Assembly: GCA_038227875.1 (NCBI GenBank)
Contig: JBBRPR010000022.1
Span: forward strand, 66,067 to 130,066
Origin: Planctomycetota bacterium
Lineage (GTDB): Bacteria; Planctomycetota; SZUA-567; H5-PLA8
Direction of reading: 5' to 3'
Length of the DNA: 64,000 nucleotides
Every line of letters begins with the position of its first letter. Positions within the stretch are counted from its first letter, which is position 1. The notes beneath the pieces were generated by a model that was given only the letters and a program-made list of their open reading frames with translations, ran no database searches and was not told the origin of the DNA. Below, in pieces: positions 9,372 through 18,757 of the stretch. The position numbers and the translations under genes were made by a program.

Positions 9372-10292
9372 ATGAGTGAAGAAGGCGCAGTCAACGAACG
9401 CCCGATTATCATAATCAAGAAAAAGAAGAAGGGTCACGCTCATCACGGCGGCGCGTGGAAGGTGGCGTTCGCCGATTTCATGACCGCGATGTTCGCGCTG
9501 TTTCTGGTGCTATGGATCCTCTCGCAAAGCCAGGAAGTCAAGGCTGCCGTTGCCAGCTACTTCCGTCATCCCACCGACTACGAAGGCAAGCCCGACGCCG
9601 ATTTCCACGGCAACAACGGCCTGATGGAAAACCGTCAGGGCCGGCTGGATCACATTCCCAACGTACTTCAGATTGAAGGCAAGCAAGGTTCGGAAGGCGC
9701 CGGCCAGTCGCCTGAATCCGTCGCTGGAGGCACCGCTCCTGCCACAGCGGAAGCCGGCTTACGCCCGGAGATTGTCGAACGCGTCGAAGAACAGGAAAAA
9801 GATGAGACTCGTTCGTTCCTCAAGATCGCCGACGACTTGTGGATGGTGCTGGGCATGGACGGCTCGTTCAAGCGCTTCAAAGACAACGTCCTGATCGAAG
9901 CGATCGAAGACGGCCTCGTGATCCAGCTCGTCGACCAGCCTCGCGCGCCGCTGTTCGAAGAAGGCAGCACCGACTTCAAGCCCGCGATCAAGCGCGCCCT
10001 CTCGATCCTGGCCAAGGAACTTTCGAAGTATCCAAACAAGCTCGAGATCGACGGACACGCCACCGAAATGTCCAACGCGTACGATTCACGCAAAAAGTGG
10101 CTGGCCAGCAGTCTCCTCGCCGATCTGGCCCGCGGTGAATTGGAATTGCAGGGATTGAAAGCCAACCAGATCACCAAGGTCTCCGGCTGCGCCGACATGC
10201 GCCCGCTGAATCCCCAGTCTCCCTCCGACCCCGTCAACCGCCGCATTTCGATTCTGGTCCGCCCGCGTCAGTGGCGTCCCGAGCGATACTGA
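9372..10292 (+). CDS. motB: Stator protein MotB
   Basis: HHGGAWKVAFADFMTAMFALF with the conserved Asp; OmpA-like C-terminal domain ending NRRISI. Confidence 0.93.
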   Translation: MSEEGAVNERPIIIIKKKKKGHAHHGGAWKVAFADFMTAMFALFLVLWILSQSQEVKAAVASYFRHPTDYEGKPDADFHGNNGLMENRQGRLDHIPNVLQIEGKQGSEGAGQSPESVAGGTAPATAEAGLRPEIVERVEEQEKDETRSFLKIADDLWMVLGMDGSFKRFKDNVLIEAIEDGLVIQLVDQPRAPLFEEGSTDFKPAIKRALSILAKELSKYPNKLEIDGHATEMSNAYDSRKKWLASSLLADLARGELELQGLKANQITKVSGCADMRPLNPQSPSDPVNRRISILVRPRQWRPERY

Positions 10293-10295
10293 AAG

Positions 10296-10399
10296 AGGCA
10301 GAAGTCAAAAGGCACTCAGCAGGAGCTAGATCGCGATGCATTCCGTGATCACGTCTAGGCGAAACTGCCTTCCGCCAACTGCTTTCTGCCTTCTGCTTA
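10296..10399. repeat. Inverted heptamer tandem repeats (AGGCAGA-like / CTGCCTT-like)
   Basis: AGGCAGA-AGTCAAA-AGGCA at 10296-10314 faces CTGCCTT-CCGCCAA-CTGCTTT-CTGCCTT-CTGCTTA at 10365-10399. Confidence 0.55.
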
Positions 10400-10401
10400 A
10401 T

Positions 10402-10416
10402 TGGAACGCCTCTTGC
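10402..10416 (+). promoter_or_regulatory. Putative sigma54 (-24/-12) promoter upstream of fliL
   Basis: TGGAACG-CCTC-TTGC versus consensus TGGCACG-N4-TTGC; GG-N10-GC spacing; intergenic. Confidence 0.7.
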
Positions 10417-10466
10417 GATAGGACTTTCATGCAATCGGAATCCGGCAAAAAAGTGAGGATACTTCC

Positions 10467-10985
10467 GTGAGCGCCACTGAACAAGCTGCACCAGAGCAAG
10501 CTTCAGCACATGGAGCCCCTGCGAAACCAAAGTCCAAGATCATGCTGATGGGAATCGGTGGCGTCGTTTTCGGCGCGCTGGGACTCGGCGGGTACATGAT
10601 GTTCTTCAAAGGTTCGGCCCATCAGCCGCCGCCGCAGGAGAAGACCGCGACACCCGTCGCCGCTGGCGAAGAAAAGCGCGCCAAGGCGCAAGTCATCACT
10701 CTGAAGCCGATCGTCGTCAACTTGCGTAACAGCAAAGGGACGCGGTACTTGAAGGTCACCGTGGCGATGGAAACCACCTCGAAAGAGGCGGCCGAAGAGT
10801 TGGGCACTTTAAGCCCGCAGATCAGCGACCTCTTCGTCGACAAGCTCAGCAACGTAGAAATCACGGACGTGGACAACTCCGCCGGCCGCAACCGGTTGAA
10901 GCGAGAATTGCTCTCGGGCATCAACGAACTCCTTGAAAAGGGTTCGATCAACACCATCTACTTCACCGAGTTTGTCATTCAGTAG
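10467..10985 (+). CDS. fliL: Flagellar basal body-associated protein FliL
   Basis: Single TM; IVVNL...RYLKV and IYFTEFVIQ C-terminus. Confidence 0.93.
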   Translation: MSATEQAAPEQASAHGAPAKPKSKIMLMGIGGVVFGALGLGGYMMFFKGSAHQPPPQEKTATPVAAGEEKRAKAQVITLKPIVVNLRNSKGTRYLKVTVAMETTSKEAAEELGTLSPQISDLFVDKLSNVEITDVDNSAGRNRLKRELLSGINELLEKGSINTIYFTEFVIQ

Positions 10986-11001
10986 GAGCGGACGAGAAGC
11001 G

Positions 11002-11985
11002 ATGGCCAACCTGCTTTCTCAAAACGAAGTCGATACGCTGATGCAGGCCATCTCGTCGGGCACTGTTCCGGCGACCGAAGACAAGGCCAAGCAGCCCGTA
11101 AAAGTCCGCCGCGACGCCAAGCTCTACGACTTCCGCCATCCCGTCATGTTCCTCAAGGATCAGCTGCGCACACTGCAGATGATCCACGAGTCCTTCGCCC
11201 GCAACTTTTCCAATTCGCTGGCCTCGTACCTGCGCATGGGTGTGAAAGCCAAGTGCACCGGCGTCGACCAGATTTCCTACGGCGAATTCGCGCTCTCGCT
11301 GCCAGACCCCTGTACGATCGTGAACACCCGCTTCCATCCGTCCGAAGGCCGCACGCTGCTGGCGATTCATCCGGCCGTGGGCATCGGCGTAATCGATCGC
11401 GTCATGGGTGGAACTGGCGCGGGCGGATCGCTCAACAGGCCGTTTACGGAAATCGAACAGACCATCATCGATGAACTCGTCAACATGACGCTCCGCGACC
11501 TGGAACCGGCGTGGAACCGCATCTTGAAAGTCTCCTTCACCGCGGAAGCCACTGAACAGAGCACGCAGTTCATCCAGATCGCCAACATGGAAGACACCGT
11601 CGTCTCCGCGACGCTGGAAGTGAACTTCGCCGAGACCAGCGGCATCGTCAGTCTCTGCTATCCGTTCCGTTCGCTGAACACCGTTGCCGAACGTTTGAAC
11701 GCCAAGCATTGGGTTGAAGAAGAACAGAAGGCACAGGCCGCCAAGAGCAAGACCGCCGGCATGGCCTCGATCAGTCAGATTCCGCTGCAAATGGCTGCGA
11801 ACCTTGGTGTTGCGCACATCACCATGCACGACTTAATGCAACTGAAGAAGGGCGACGTGCTGCTGTTGAACCGCGAGATCGATCAACCGATTGAATTGGA
11901 AGTCGGCGGCAAGGTCCGTTTCACGGGACGACTGGGTGCGCGCCACGGTCATACCGCCGTACAGATTGAACAACGCTCGATGTGA
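11002..11985 (+). CDS. fliM: Flagellar motor switch protein FliM
   Basis: LSQNEVDTL CheY-binding peptide, YDFRHP, MGGTG, C-terminal SpoA domain. ATG at 11002 (ORF track starts at 10933). Confidence 0.95.
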   Translation: MANLLSQNEVDTLMQAISSGTVPATEDKAKQPVKVRRDAKLYDFRHPVMFLKDQLRTLQMIHESFARNFSNSLASYLRMGVKAKCTGVDQISYGEFALSLPDPCTIVNTRFHPSEGRTLLAIHPAVGIGVIDRVMGGTGAGGSLNRPFTEIEQTIIDELVNMTLRDLEPAWNRILKVSFTAEATEQSTQFIQIANMEDTVVSATLEVNFAETSGIVSLCYPFRSLNTVAERLNAKHWVEEEQKAQAAKSKTAGMASISQIPLQMAANLGVAHITMHDLMQLKKGDVLLLNREIDQPIELEVGGKVRFTGRLGARHGHTAVQIEQRSM

Positions 11986-12011
11986 TTTGGAAGACTTAAG
12001 GGAGAAGAACC

Positions 12012-12761
12012 ATGGGTAATGCCGTCGCCACCGATACGCTCAAAGCTCTGATCGTCGACCCCGACGAGAAGCGCGCGACCACGCTTGTAGATGCACTGAA
12101 GAACTGCGGCTATTCGCCCGTCACCGCCGAGGACGAAATGTCCGCGCGCATGTTGGTGGACTCCGAGAAATTCGACGTCGTGCTCTGTTACGACAAAGTC
12201 GCCAACGGCACGGTGATGGAGGTTTTAAAGAGCCTCCACGAAGCCAATCCGGATCTGCCGGTGATCGTGTTGAGCGACGATCCCAAATCACCGCTCATCG
12301 CCGATGCCATTAAGGCAGGCGCCATTGACTCTTATGCGACGTCGGAAAATTTAGCAGCGCTTTACCCCAAGCTGGCGGCGATTCAGGCTCAGCAGGAAGC
12401 GAAACACGAACATGCACATGCGCCTGCCCCCGCTGCGCCCGCCACGACGATTCATCCTGTCCGGTTGCCCCAATTGGGTGAAAGCGCCGCCAAGAACGAA
12501 CCGGCCAACGTCGACCTAATCATGGATGTGCCCGTGGCCGTGAATGCGATCCTGGGCAACACCACGATGCGGATTTCCGAGCTGCTCCAGCTCGGGCCCG
12601 GAAGCGTCATCGAACTCGATAAACGCGCCGGCGAACCCGTCGATATCTTCGTGAACGACAAGCTCATCGCCTTTGGTGAAGTCGTGGTCGTAAACGAAAC
12701 TTTTGGCGTGCGAATTACAGAAGTGATCGACCCCAAGCAGCGCATCCAAGCGCTCGCCTAA
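12012..12761 (+). CDS. fliN: Fusion of an N-terminal (pseudo-)receiver domain to C-ring protein FliN
   Basis: Residues ~10-125 have a REC pattern (ALIVDPD, FDVVLCYD, PVIVLS, AIKAGAID). C-terminus NVDLIMDVPV...GSVIELDKRAGEPVDIFVN...GEVVVVNETFGVRI is FliN. Confidence 0.88.
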   Translation: MGNAVATDTLKALIVDPDEKRATTLVDALKNCGYSPVTAEDEMSARMLVDSEKFDVVLCYDKVANGTVMEVLKSLHEANPDLPVIVLSDDPKSPLIADAIKAGAIDSYATSENLAALYPKLAAIQAQQEAKHEHAHAPAPAAPATTIHPVRLPQLGESAAKNEPANVDLIMDVPVAVNAILGNTTMRISELLQLGPGSVIELDKRAGEPVDIFVNDKLIAFGEVVVVNETFGVRITEVIDPKQRIQALA

Positions 12762-12857
12762 TTCCTACGTTGTTCAGTTAATTCTATGAAGCTTCAAGTG
12801 TTAGGTATTGACCTTCGCGTCGAATATCCCTGCTGATTTCTCAAATGCAAAATTTGC

Positions 12858-12885
12858 CGACGGGAGAGCTAAAACTCTCCCGTCG
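12858..12885. repeat. Perfect 11-bp inverted repeat / hairpin
   Basis: CGACGGGAGAG-ctaaaa-CTCTCCCGTCG; no U-tract follows. Confidence 0.6.
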
Positions 12886-12888
12886 AGC

Positions 12889-12904
12889 TGGCCTTCGGCT
12901 TGCA
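12889..12904 (+). promoter_or_regulatory. Putative sigma54 promoter upstream of fliO
   Basis: TGGCCTT-CGGC-TTGCA; GG-N10-GC spacing. Confidence 0.7.
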
Positions 12905-12940
12905 TCCTTCGGACATATCGGTTCATCCGGAGAAATGTTT

Positions 12941-13633
12941 ATGCTGAAAGTTTCGAAAATCTGTGCGCTGGCGCTGATTTCTTTCTTCGCTCTGAACACA
13001 CAGCCCCTGTTCGCCCAAGACGCCGAAGACATGGTGCTGAACCGCAAGGGCGAAGCGAACGCGCGTATCGACTTGAGCGTCCCGACAACGCACTCAGGCA
13101 TGAACGCCTCGCGGGCCGAAAGCCTGGCGCTGCAGAGCTCCTCGAACATCCGCCTCGCCGGTCTCCTCCTGGTGCTGCTCGGGGCGTGCGGTGGTGCGAC
13201 GGTGCTTTACTACAAGCGCCGCCGCGGCACTTCTTCCGCGACCGGCTCGCCCCGCTTGAACATTGTCGAACGCCTGCCCTTTGGACCCAACCGCGAATTC
13301 GTGCTCTTAAAGGCCTGCGACCGGATGCTGGTGGTCGCGGCGCATGGAAACCAGATCGTTTGCCTGACGGACATGGCCACCGATCTCGCTCCCGTGACTG
13401 CCGCGTCCATGCCCCACATGATGGAAGCTACCGGCCAGGCTCAAGATTACAGCGATGCAGCGCCGCTCTCCTACGAGTCGCTCTTCTCGCAGGTTCGCCG
13501 CCGCGCCTCGGGTGACGTGACCCCGCCGGCCCGCGCCAAGGCCCCGGCGCAGATGGCCAAAACCGCGCCTGTTCCCGTGCAGGTCGCCGCTCAAGAAAAC
13601 GACTGGCCGGAAATTGAAGGAGCCGACAAGTGA
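12941..13633 (+). CDS. fliO: Flagellar biosynthesis protein FliO (FliO/FliZ family)
   Basis: Signal-like N-terminus, TM helix, then LNIVERLPFGPNREFVLLKACDRMLVV. Lies between fliN and fliP. Start chosen after GGAG (12935 also possible). Confidence 0.75.
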   Translation: MLKVSKICALALISFFALNTQPLFAQDAEDMVLNRKGEANARIDLSVPTTHSGMNASRAESLALQSSSNIRLAGLLLVLLGACGGATVLYYKRRRGTSSATGSPRLNIVERLPFGPNREFVLLKACDRMLVVAAHGNQIVCLTDMATDLAPVTAASMPHMMEATGQAQDYSDAAPLSYESLFSQVRRRASGDVTPPARAKAPAQMAKTAPVPVQVAAQENDWPEIEGADK

Positions 13634-14418
13634 ACGTCCGCCGCTTACTTCCCTCAACCTGCACGCTGCTGTTGGCCGTCATGCTGGTGCTGATCGTTGT
13701 GGCGCCACACGCGATGGCTCAGGAAGCAGGCAACACCCCGACCGCCACGCCAGCGCCCTTTGAAGTCAAAGTCGGTGAAGACGGCCCGCGCCTCAGCGCC
13801 AACTTGAGCATCCTCATCGGCATGACGTTGCTGGCGATGCTCCCGGCCGCGCTGGTGATGATGACCTCGTTCACCCGCATCATCATCGTCCTGGGTTTCC
13901 TGAGAAACGCGCTCTCCACGCAGCAGACTCCGCCCAACATTGTGCTGATCGGCATCGCCATGTTTCTGACCCTTTTCATCATGGCCCCGACCATGGAACG
14001 CGTGCAGCAGAACGCCGTCGGACCGTACATGAAGGGCGATATCAACGCCACCGAAGCGATCGACAAGGGCCTGCTGCCGATGCGCGAATTCATGGGCAAG
14101 CAGACCCGCAAGAAGGACTTGGCGCTGATGGTTGACCTCTCCCGCGCCAAGACGCCCAAGGACTTCAGTGAGATTCCAACCCTGACGCTGGTCCCAGCGT
14201 TCATGCTCAGTGAACTGCGCACCGCGTTTCAGATGGGATTCCTGCTCTTCCTGCCGTTCCTGGTGATCGACCTGGTCGTCTCTTCTGTGCTGATGTCGCT
14301 GGGAATGATGATGGTGCCGCCGGCCAGCATCAGTCTGCCCTTGAAACTGCTCCTATTCGTCGCCGCAGATGGCTGGGACTTGCTCGTGAAATCACTCGTC
14401 GTCTCCTTTGGTGGATAG
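13630..14418 (+). CDS. fliP: Export gate protein FliP
   Basis: MMTSFTRIIIVL, QQTPPN, LVPAFMLSEL and MMMVPP...KLLLFV motifs. Confidence 0.97.
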   Translation: MNVRRLLPSTCTLLLAVMLVLIVVAPHAMAQEAGNTPTATPAPFEVKVGEDGPRLSANLSILIGMTLLAMLPAALVMMTSFTRIIIVLGFLRNALSTQQTPPNIVLIGIAMFLTLFIMAPTMERVQQNAVGPYMKGDINATEAIDKGLLPMREFMGKQTRKKDLALMVDLSRAKTPKDFSEIPTLTLVPAFMLSELRTAFQMGFLLFLPFLVIDLVVSSVLMSLGMMMVPPASISLPLKLLLFVAADGWDLLVKSLVVSFGG

Positions 14419-14428
14419 GTAAACAGTC

Positions 14429-14698
14429 ATGGAATCGGCTTCGCTCCTGACGCTTCTCTTCTCCGTCTTCATGGTTACGGCCAAGATCGCCGCACCATTG
14501 CTGATCTGCGGCATGCTGATCGGCCTGGCGACGGGCTTATTCCAGGCCGTGACGCAGATCAACGATGCCACGTTCGCGTTCCTCCCCAAAGTTGTCGTGA
14601 TGGCGCTGGTGCTGTGGCTGTGCCTGCCTTGGATCCTGCAGGAGATGACTGGCTTCCTCGGCCGCACGTTCGAAATGATGGAGCATGTGACGCGATGA
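14429..14698 (+). CDS. fliQ: Export gate protein FliQ
   Basis: GLFQAVTQINDATFAFLPK; 89 aa. Confidence 0.95.
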   Translation: MESASLLTLLFSVFMVTAKIAAPLLICGMLIGLATGLFQAVTQINDATFAFLPKVVVMALVLWLCLPWILQEMTGFLGRTFEMMEHVTR

Positions 14699-15465
14699 CT
14701 GTTTCGCTGCAGATTGTCTATCTGTTCATGCTGGTCACGTCGCGCGTCAGCGGCCTGGTGACGCTCGGCCCGGTCTTCTCGAGCATGATGGTCAACGCGA
14801 AAGTGCGTATCGCCCTGGTTCTTTCAATCTCCGCCGTGCTCACCGCCTCACTTCCCGCTCAGAAAGAGATCAACCCTTCCATGATGTCGATGGGCTTCGC
14901 GATGGCCGGCGAATTCGCGACGGGACTGCTGCTGGCTGGCGGTTTTCGCCTGGCGATGACCAGCGCAAGCATCGCCGGCGAGCTGGCGGGATTGCAGATG
15001 GGCCTGGGTTCGGCCTCGCTCTTCGATCCGCATACGGCGGCCAACTCCTCGGTGCTCCCCAACTTTTTCGTCCAGGCGTTCACGGTCCTCTTCATCGCGC
15101 TCGACGGCCACCACCACATGCTGCGCATCCTGAGCGAAAGCCTGACGGTGCTGGCCCCCAACGCGAAAATGGCGCTGCCTTCGATCGAATTCCTGCTCCG
15201 CCAGACCGCCGAAATGCTCGCCTACGGCTGCCGCCTCGCCGCGCCGGTCGTGATTCCGCTGCTGCTGATCACCATCGCCGTGGGCATGGTCTCCCGCGTC
15301 TTCCCGCAGGCGAACGTGATGTCGCTCAGCTACGCCGTGAGCATGACCGTCGGGCTGCTCCTGCTGGCCGTGATGATGACGGGGATCGATGGCGCCGTAT
15401 GGCACCTGATCCAGGACGCGGACCGCTTCGCGCTCCGCAATTTACAAGCTCTTGCTGGCAACTAG
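14695..15465 (+). CDS. fliR: Export gate protein FliR
   Basis: AGELAGLQMGLG...FDP, LDGHHHML and SRVFPQANV motifs; ATG overlaps the fliQ stop. Confidence 0.93.
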   Translation: MTVSLQIVYLFMLVTSRVSGLVTLGPVFSSMMVNAKVRIALVLSISAVLTASLPAQKEINPSMMSMGFAMAGEFATGLLLAGGFRLAMTSASIAGELAGLQMGLGSASLFDPHTAANSSVLPNFFVQAFTVLFIALDGHHHMLRILSESLTVLAPNAKMALPSIEFLLRQTAEMLAYGCRLAAPVVIPLLLITIAVGMVSRVFPQANVMSLSYAVSMTVGLLLLAVMMTGIDGAVWHLIQDADRFALRNLQALAGN

Positions 15466-15500
15466 TGAACAGGGTTGGACTGAACTAAGGGAACGGGCAC

Positions 15501-16592
15501 ATGGCCGAAGACGAACAGGGCGATCGAACGGAAGCCGCATCACCGCGCAAGCGCGAAGAAGCGCGCAAAGCCGGCCAGTTCGCGCGCTCCCCGGATCTCT
15601 CCGGCGCCACGGTGCTCTGCGCCGCGCTGATCGGCCTCGGTGCGTTCGGCGGCACAATGTTCACCGGCGAAATCTCCTTCATGAAGCAGTGGATCGGCAA
15701 CCTCGACGGCAAGACCGACGTCGTCAAGATTCTCACCAATCAGTTCCCCACCGGCTTTGCCGCCGTAGGTTGGGGACTGCTGGGCATGCTGATCATCGTC
15801 GAACTCGCGGCGCTGGGCATCGGCATCGTACAGTGCGGTCTCCACATTCACGAAGACATCATCCCGCTGCGCTTCGAAAGCCTAAACCCGATGAACGGCT
15901 TCAAACGCATCTTCTCGATGCAGACTGTGCTGAGCACCGCCTTCGGACTGACCAAGATTGTCGTCATCTCCATCTTCGCCTACCGCATCATCCACACGCT
16001 GATCGAAGCTGCGCCATTCTGGTGGCAGTCGTCGCTGAATAACCTCTTCGCGATGGGCTGCGCGCTGGCCAGCCAGCTGGCCTGGAGCATCGCCATTCCC
16101 ATGCTGCTGCTGGGGATCATGGACTACGGCTACAAGTGGTGGAAGACCGAAAAAGACCTGATGATGACCAAGGACGAAGTGAAGCAGGAAAACAAGCAGA
16201 ACGACGGCGACCCGCACGTTAAAAACCGCATCCGCCAGATCCAGCGTCAGCGCGCCGCCAAACGCATGATGAAGGACGTGCCGAAAGCCACCGTGGTCAT
16301 CACCAACCCGACGCACGTCGCAGTCGCGCTCTTCTACGATACGAAAACATCTGGCGCGCCGGTGGTCATCGCCAAGGGCGAACACCTGGTCGCGCAGCGC
16401 ATCAAGCAGATCGCCCGCGAACACAACATTCCCGTCATGGAAGAGCCGCCGCTGGCCCGCGCGCTCAACCGCACCACCGAAATCGGCCAGGAAATACCTG
16501 TTGAGTTTTACCGGGCAGTGGCAGCCATTCTCGCCCTGCTGCATCGAGCCAAAAACGCGGCCGTTAGAACGGTCGCCGGGAGGCAGGCGTGA
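15501..16592 (+). CDS. flhB: Export switch protein FlhB
   Basis: RTEAASPRKREEARKAGQ, MTKDEVKQE and the NPTH autocleavage motif. Confidence 0.97.
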   Translation: MAEDEQGDRTEAASPRKREEARKAGQFARSPDLSGATVLCAALIGLGAFGGTMFTGEISFMKQWIGNLDGKTDVVKILTNQFPTGFAAVGWGLLGMLIIVELAALGIGIVQCGLHIHEDIIPLRFESLNPMNGFKRIFSMQTVLSTAFGLTKIVVISIFAYRIIHTLIEAAPFWWQSSLNNLFAMGCALASQLAWSIAIPMLLLGIMDYGYKWWKTEKDLMMTKDEVKQENKQNDGDPHVKNRIRQIQRQRAAKRMMKDVPKATVVITNPTHVAVALFYDTKTSGAPVVIAKGEHLVAQRIKQIAREHNIPVMEEPPLARALNRTTEIGQEIPVEFYRAVAAILALLHRAKNAAVRTVAGRQA

Positions 16593-18727
16593 GTACAGCA
16601 GCGGCAATTCGCCCCAGTGGCATTCAAGGATTGATGCGGCACATGGATGTCGCGTTGGCCTGCGGCGTCATCGGCGTGATCATCATCATGGTCGTGCCGC
16701 TGCCCACGTGGAGCCTCGACATCTTCCTCTGCTGCCAATTGGCACTCTCGCTCTCGATTCTGCTGGGCACGATCTACAGCGCCGAACCTCTGGAATTTTC
16801 GGGCTTCCCTCCCCTGCTCCTGATGGTCACGCTCTTCCGCCTTGGACTGAACGTCGCCACCGCCCGTCTAATCCTGCTGCAAGGCGATGCCGGCTCGGTG
16901 ATTACCGCCTTCGGACAGTTCGTGGTCGGCGGCAACTACATCGTCGGCGTGACGATCTTCCTGATCCTGCTGGTGATTCAATTCGTGGTGATCACCAAAG
17001 GCGCCGGCCGCGTGGCCGAAGTGGCCGCACGTTTCACGTTGGACGCCATGCCCGGTAAACAGATGGCCATCGACGCCGACCTGAATGCCGGCCTGATCAA
17101 CGAAGAACAAGCCCGTGCCCGCCGCCAGAAGATCGAACGCGAAGCCAACTTTTATGGAGCCATGGACGGCGCCAGCAAGTTCGTCCGCGGCGATGCGGTG
17201 GCCGCGCTGATTATCACCGTCATCAATCTCCTCGGCGGTTTGGCCATCGCCTGCCTGCAGCGCGGCATGTCGCCCGGCGACGCCCTGAAGCACTTCGCCC
17301 TGCTGACCATCGGCGATGGTCTAGTCACCCAGATCCCCGCACTGCTGATCTCCACCGCCTCCGGCATCCTGGTCACCCGCGGCGCTTCCGACCTGAGCCT
17401 CGGCGAAGATTTCGGCCGCCAGTTGTTCATGCGCCACAAGGCGTTGCGCGTCACCGGCGTCTTCCTGGCCATCTTTGCCTTTATCCCCGGACTGCCCACG
17501 ATTCCGCTGCTGCTGATGGCCGCCGGCGCCTTCGCGCTCTCGACGATCGTCAAGCGCGACGAAGCCGTCAACACCGCCGCCGCGGCGCGCAAGACGGCGC
17601 TGGCCGGCAAAGATACGCCAGCGGGCACCACGCCCGCTCCCAAACCCGACTCACCCGAAGCGCAGCTCCAGATGGACATCCTGGAACTGGAGCTCGGACC
17701 CTCGCTGCTCCCGCTGGTGGATAAGGGCGGCGGCGACCTGCTCAACCGCATCACGACGATTCGCAAGAAGCTCGCCGCCGAACTGGGCATCATCATTCCG
17801 CCAGTTCGCGTGCGCGACAATCTGCAGCTCCCCGGCCGCCAGTACCGCGTGAAGGTGCGCGGCGCGGTGGTCACCGACAACACGCTCCAACCCGACCGCC
17901 TGCTGGCGATCGATCCGGGTGGCGCGAAGACCGGTCTGGATGGCCTGCCCGCCCGCGATCCGGCGTTCGGACTGCCGGCCCTCTGGATCACGCCCAACCA
18001 GCGTTCCCGAGGCGAAGCCTACGGTTACACGGTCGTCGAACCCGTCTCGGTGCTCTCGACGCACGTTCACGAAGTCATGCGCGCCAACGCCGCGGATCTG
18101 CTCTCGCGCCAGGATGTGCAGAAGATCGTCGACCGCGTCAAAGAATCCGACCCGGGCCTGGTCAAGGACATCATCCCCAACGCGATCACGCTGGCCACCC
18201 TGCACCGCGTCCTGCAAGGCTTGTTGCGCGAACGCGTTCCGATCAAGGACATGGGCACGATTCTGGAAGTGCTCGGCGATTCCACCGGACAGAACCGGAC
18301 ACTGGAAGCTCAGATCGAAGACATCCGCATCGCGCTCGCTCCGTCCTTTGTCGGTGCAATGCTCGACGACTCCGGCAAACTCATCTCCCTGGCGCTCGAT
18401 CCTGCCTTGGAAAGCCGCCTGATCCAGAGTCTGGTTCAGAACGACCGCGGCGCGATGCTGGTCCTGCCGCCGCAGCAGGTTACGGCGCTGGTGCGCCGCA
18501 TCAACGACGATGTCTCGGCGCTGCAGCGCAAGAAGCTCAAGCCGGTGCTCGTCTGCTCCGGTGCACTGCGCAACCACATCCGCCGCCTGATCGAACGTTC
18601 GGTGGCGACGCTGCCGGTGATTTCGTACTCCGAAGTGCCACGCCGGGCCACGTTGGAAATCGTGGCTCAGATTCCGACCACAATCTTCAACCCCGCCGAA
18701 GCAACCAAAGCGGTGATCAAGGCCTGA
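16589..18727 (+). CDS. flhA: Export apparatus protein FlhA
   Basis: RVAEVAARFTLDAMPGKQMAIDADL, FYGAMDGASKFVRGD and TIGDGLVTQIP. Confidence 0.98.
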   Translation: MSTAAAIRPSGIQGLMRHMDVALACGVIGVIIIMVVPLPTWSLDIFLCCQLALSLSILLGTIYSAEPLEFSGFPPLLLMVTLFRLGLNVATARLILLQGDAGSVITAFGQFVVGGNYIVGVTIFLILLVIQFVVITKGAGRVAEVAARFTLDAMPGKQMAIDADLNAGLINEEQARARRQKIEREANFYGAMDGASKFVRGDAVAALIITVINLLGGLAIACLQRGMSPGDALKHFALLTIGDGLVTQIPALLISTASGILVTRGASDLSLGEDFGRQLFMRHKALRVTGVFLAIFAFIPGLPTIPLLLMAAGAFALSTIVKRDEAVNTAAAARKTALAGKDTPAGTTPAPKPDSPEAQLQMDILELELGPSLLPLVDKGGGDLLNRITTIRKKLAAELGIIIPPVRVRDNLQLPGRQYRVKVRGAVVTDNTLQPDRLLAIDPGGAKTGLDGLPARDPAFGLPALWITPNQRSRGEAYGYTVVEPVSVLSTHVHEVMRANAADLLSRQDVQKIVDRVKESDPGLVKDIIPNAITLATLHRVLQGLLRERVPIKDMGTILEVLGDSTGQNRTLEAQIEDIRIALAPSFVGAMLDDSGKLISLALDPALESRLIQSLVQNDRGAMLVLPPQQVTALVRRINDDVSALQRKKLKPVLVCSGALRNHIRRLIERSVATLPVISYSEVPRRATLEIVAQIPTTIFNPAEATKAVIKA

Positions 18728-18757
18728 AGTTCAGGCCGCTAACGGAGTGTCCGAGCC

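Noticed and set aside
13630..18727. Non-flagellar type III secretion system
   Set aside because: The export genes are embedded among rod, hook, ring, stator and switch genes, so the system is flagellar.
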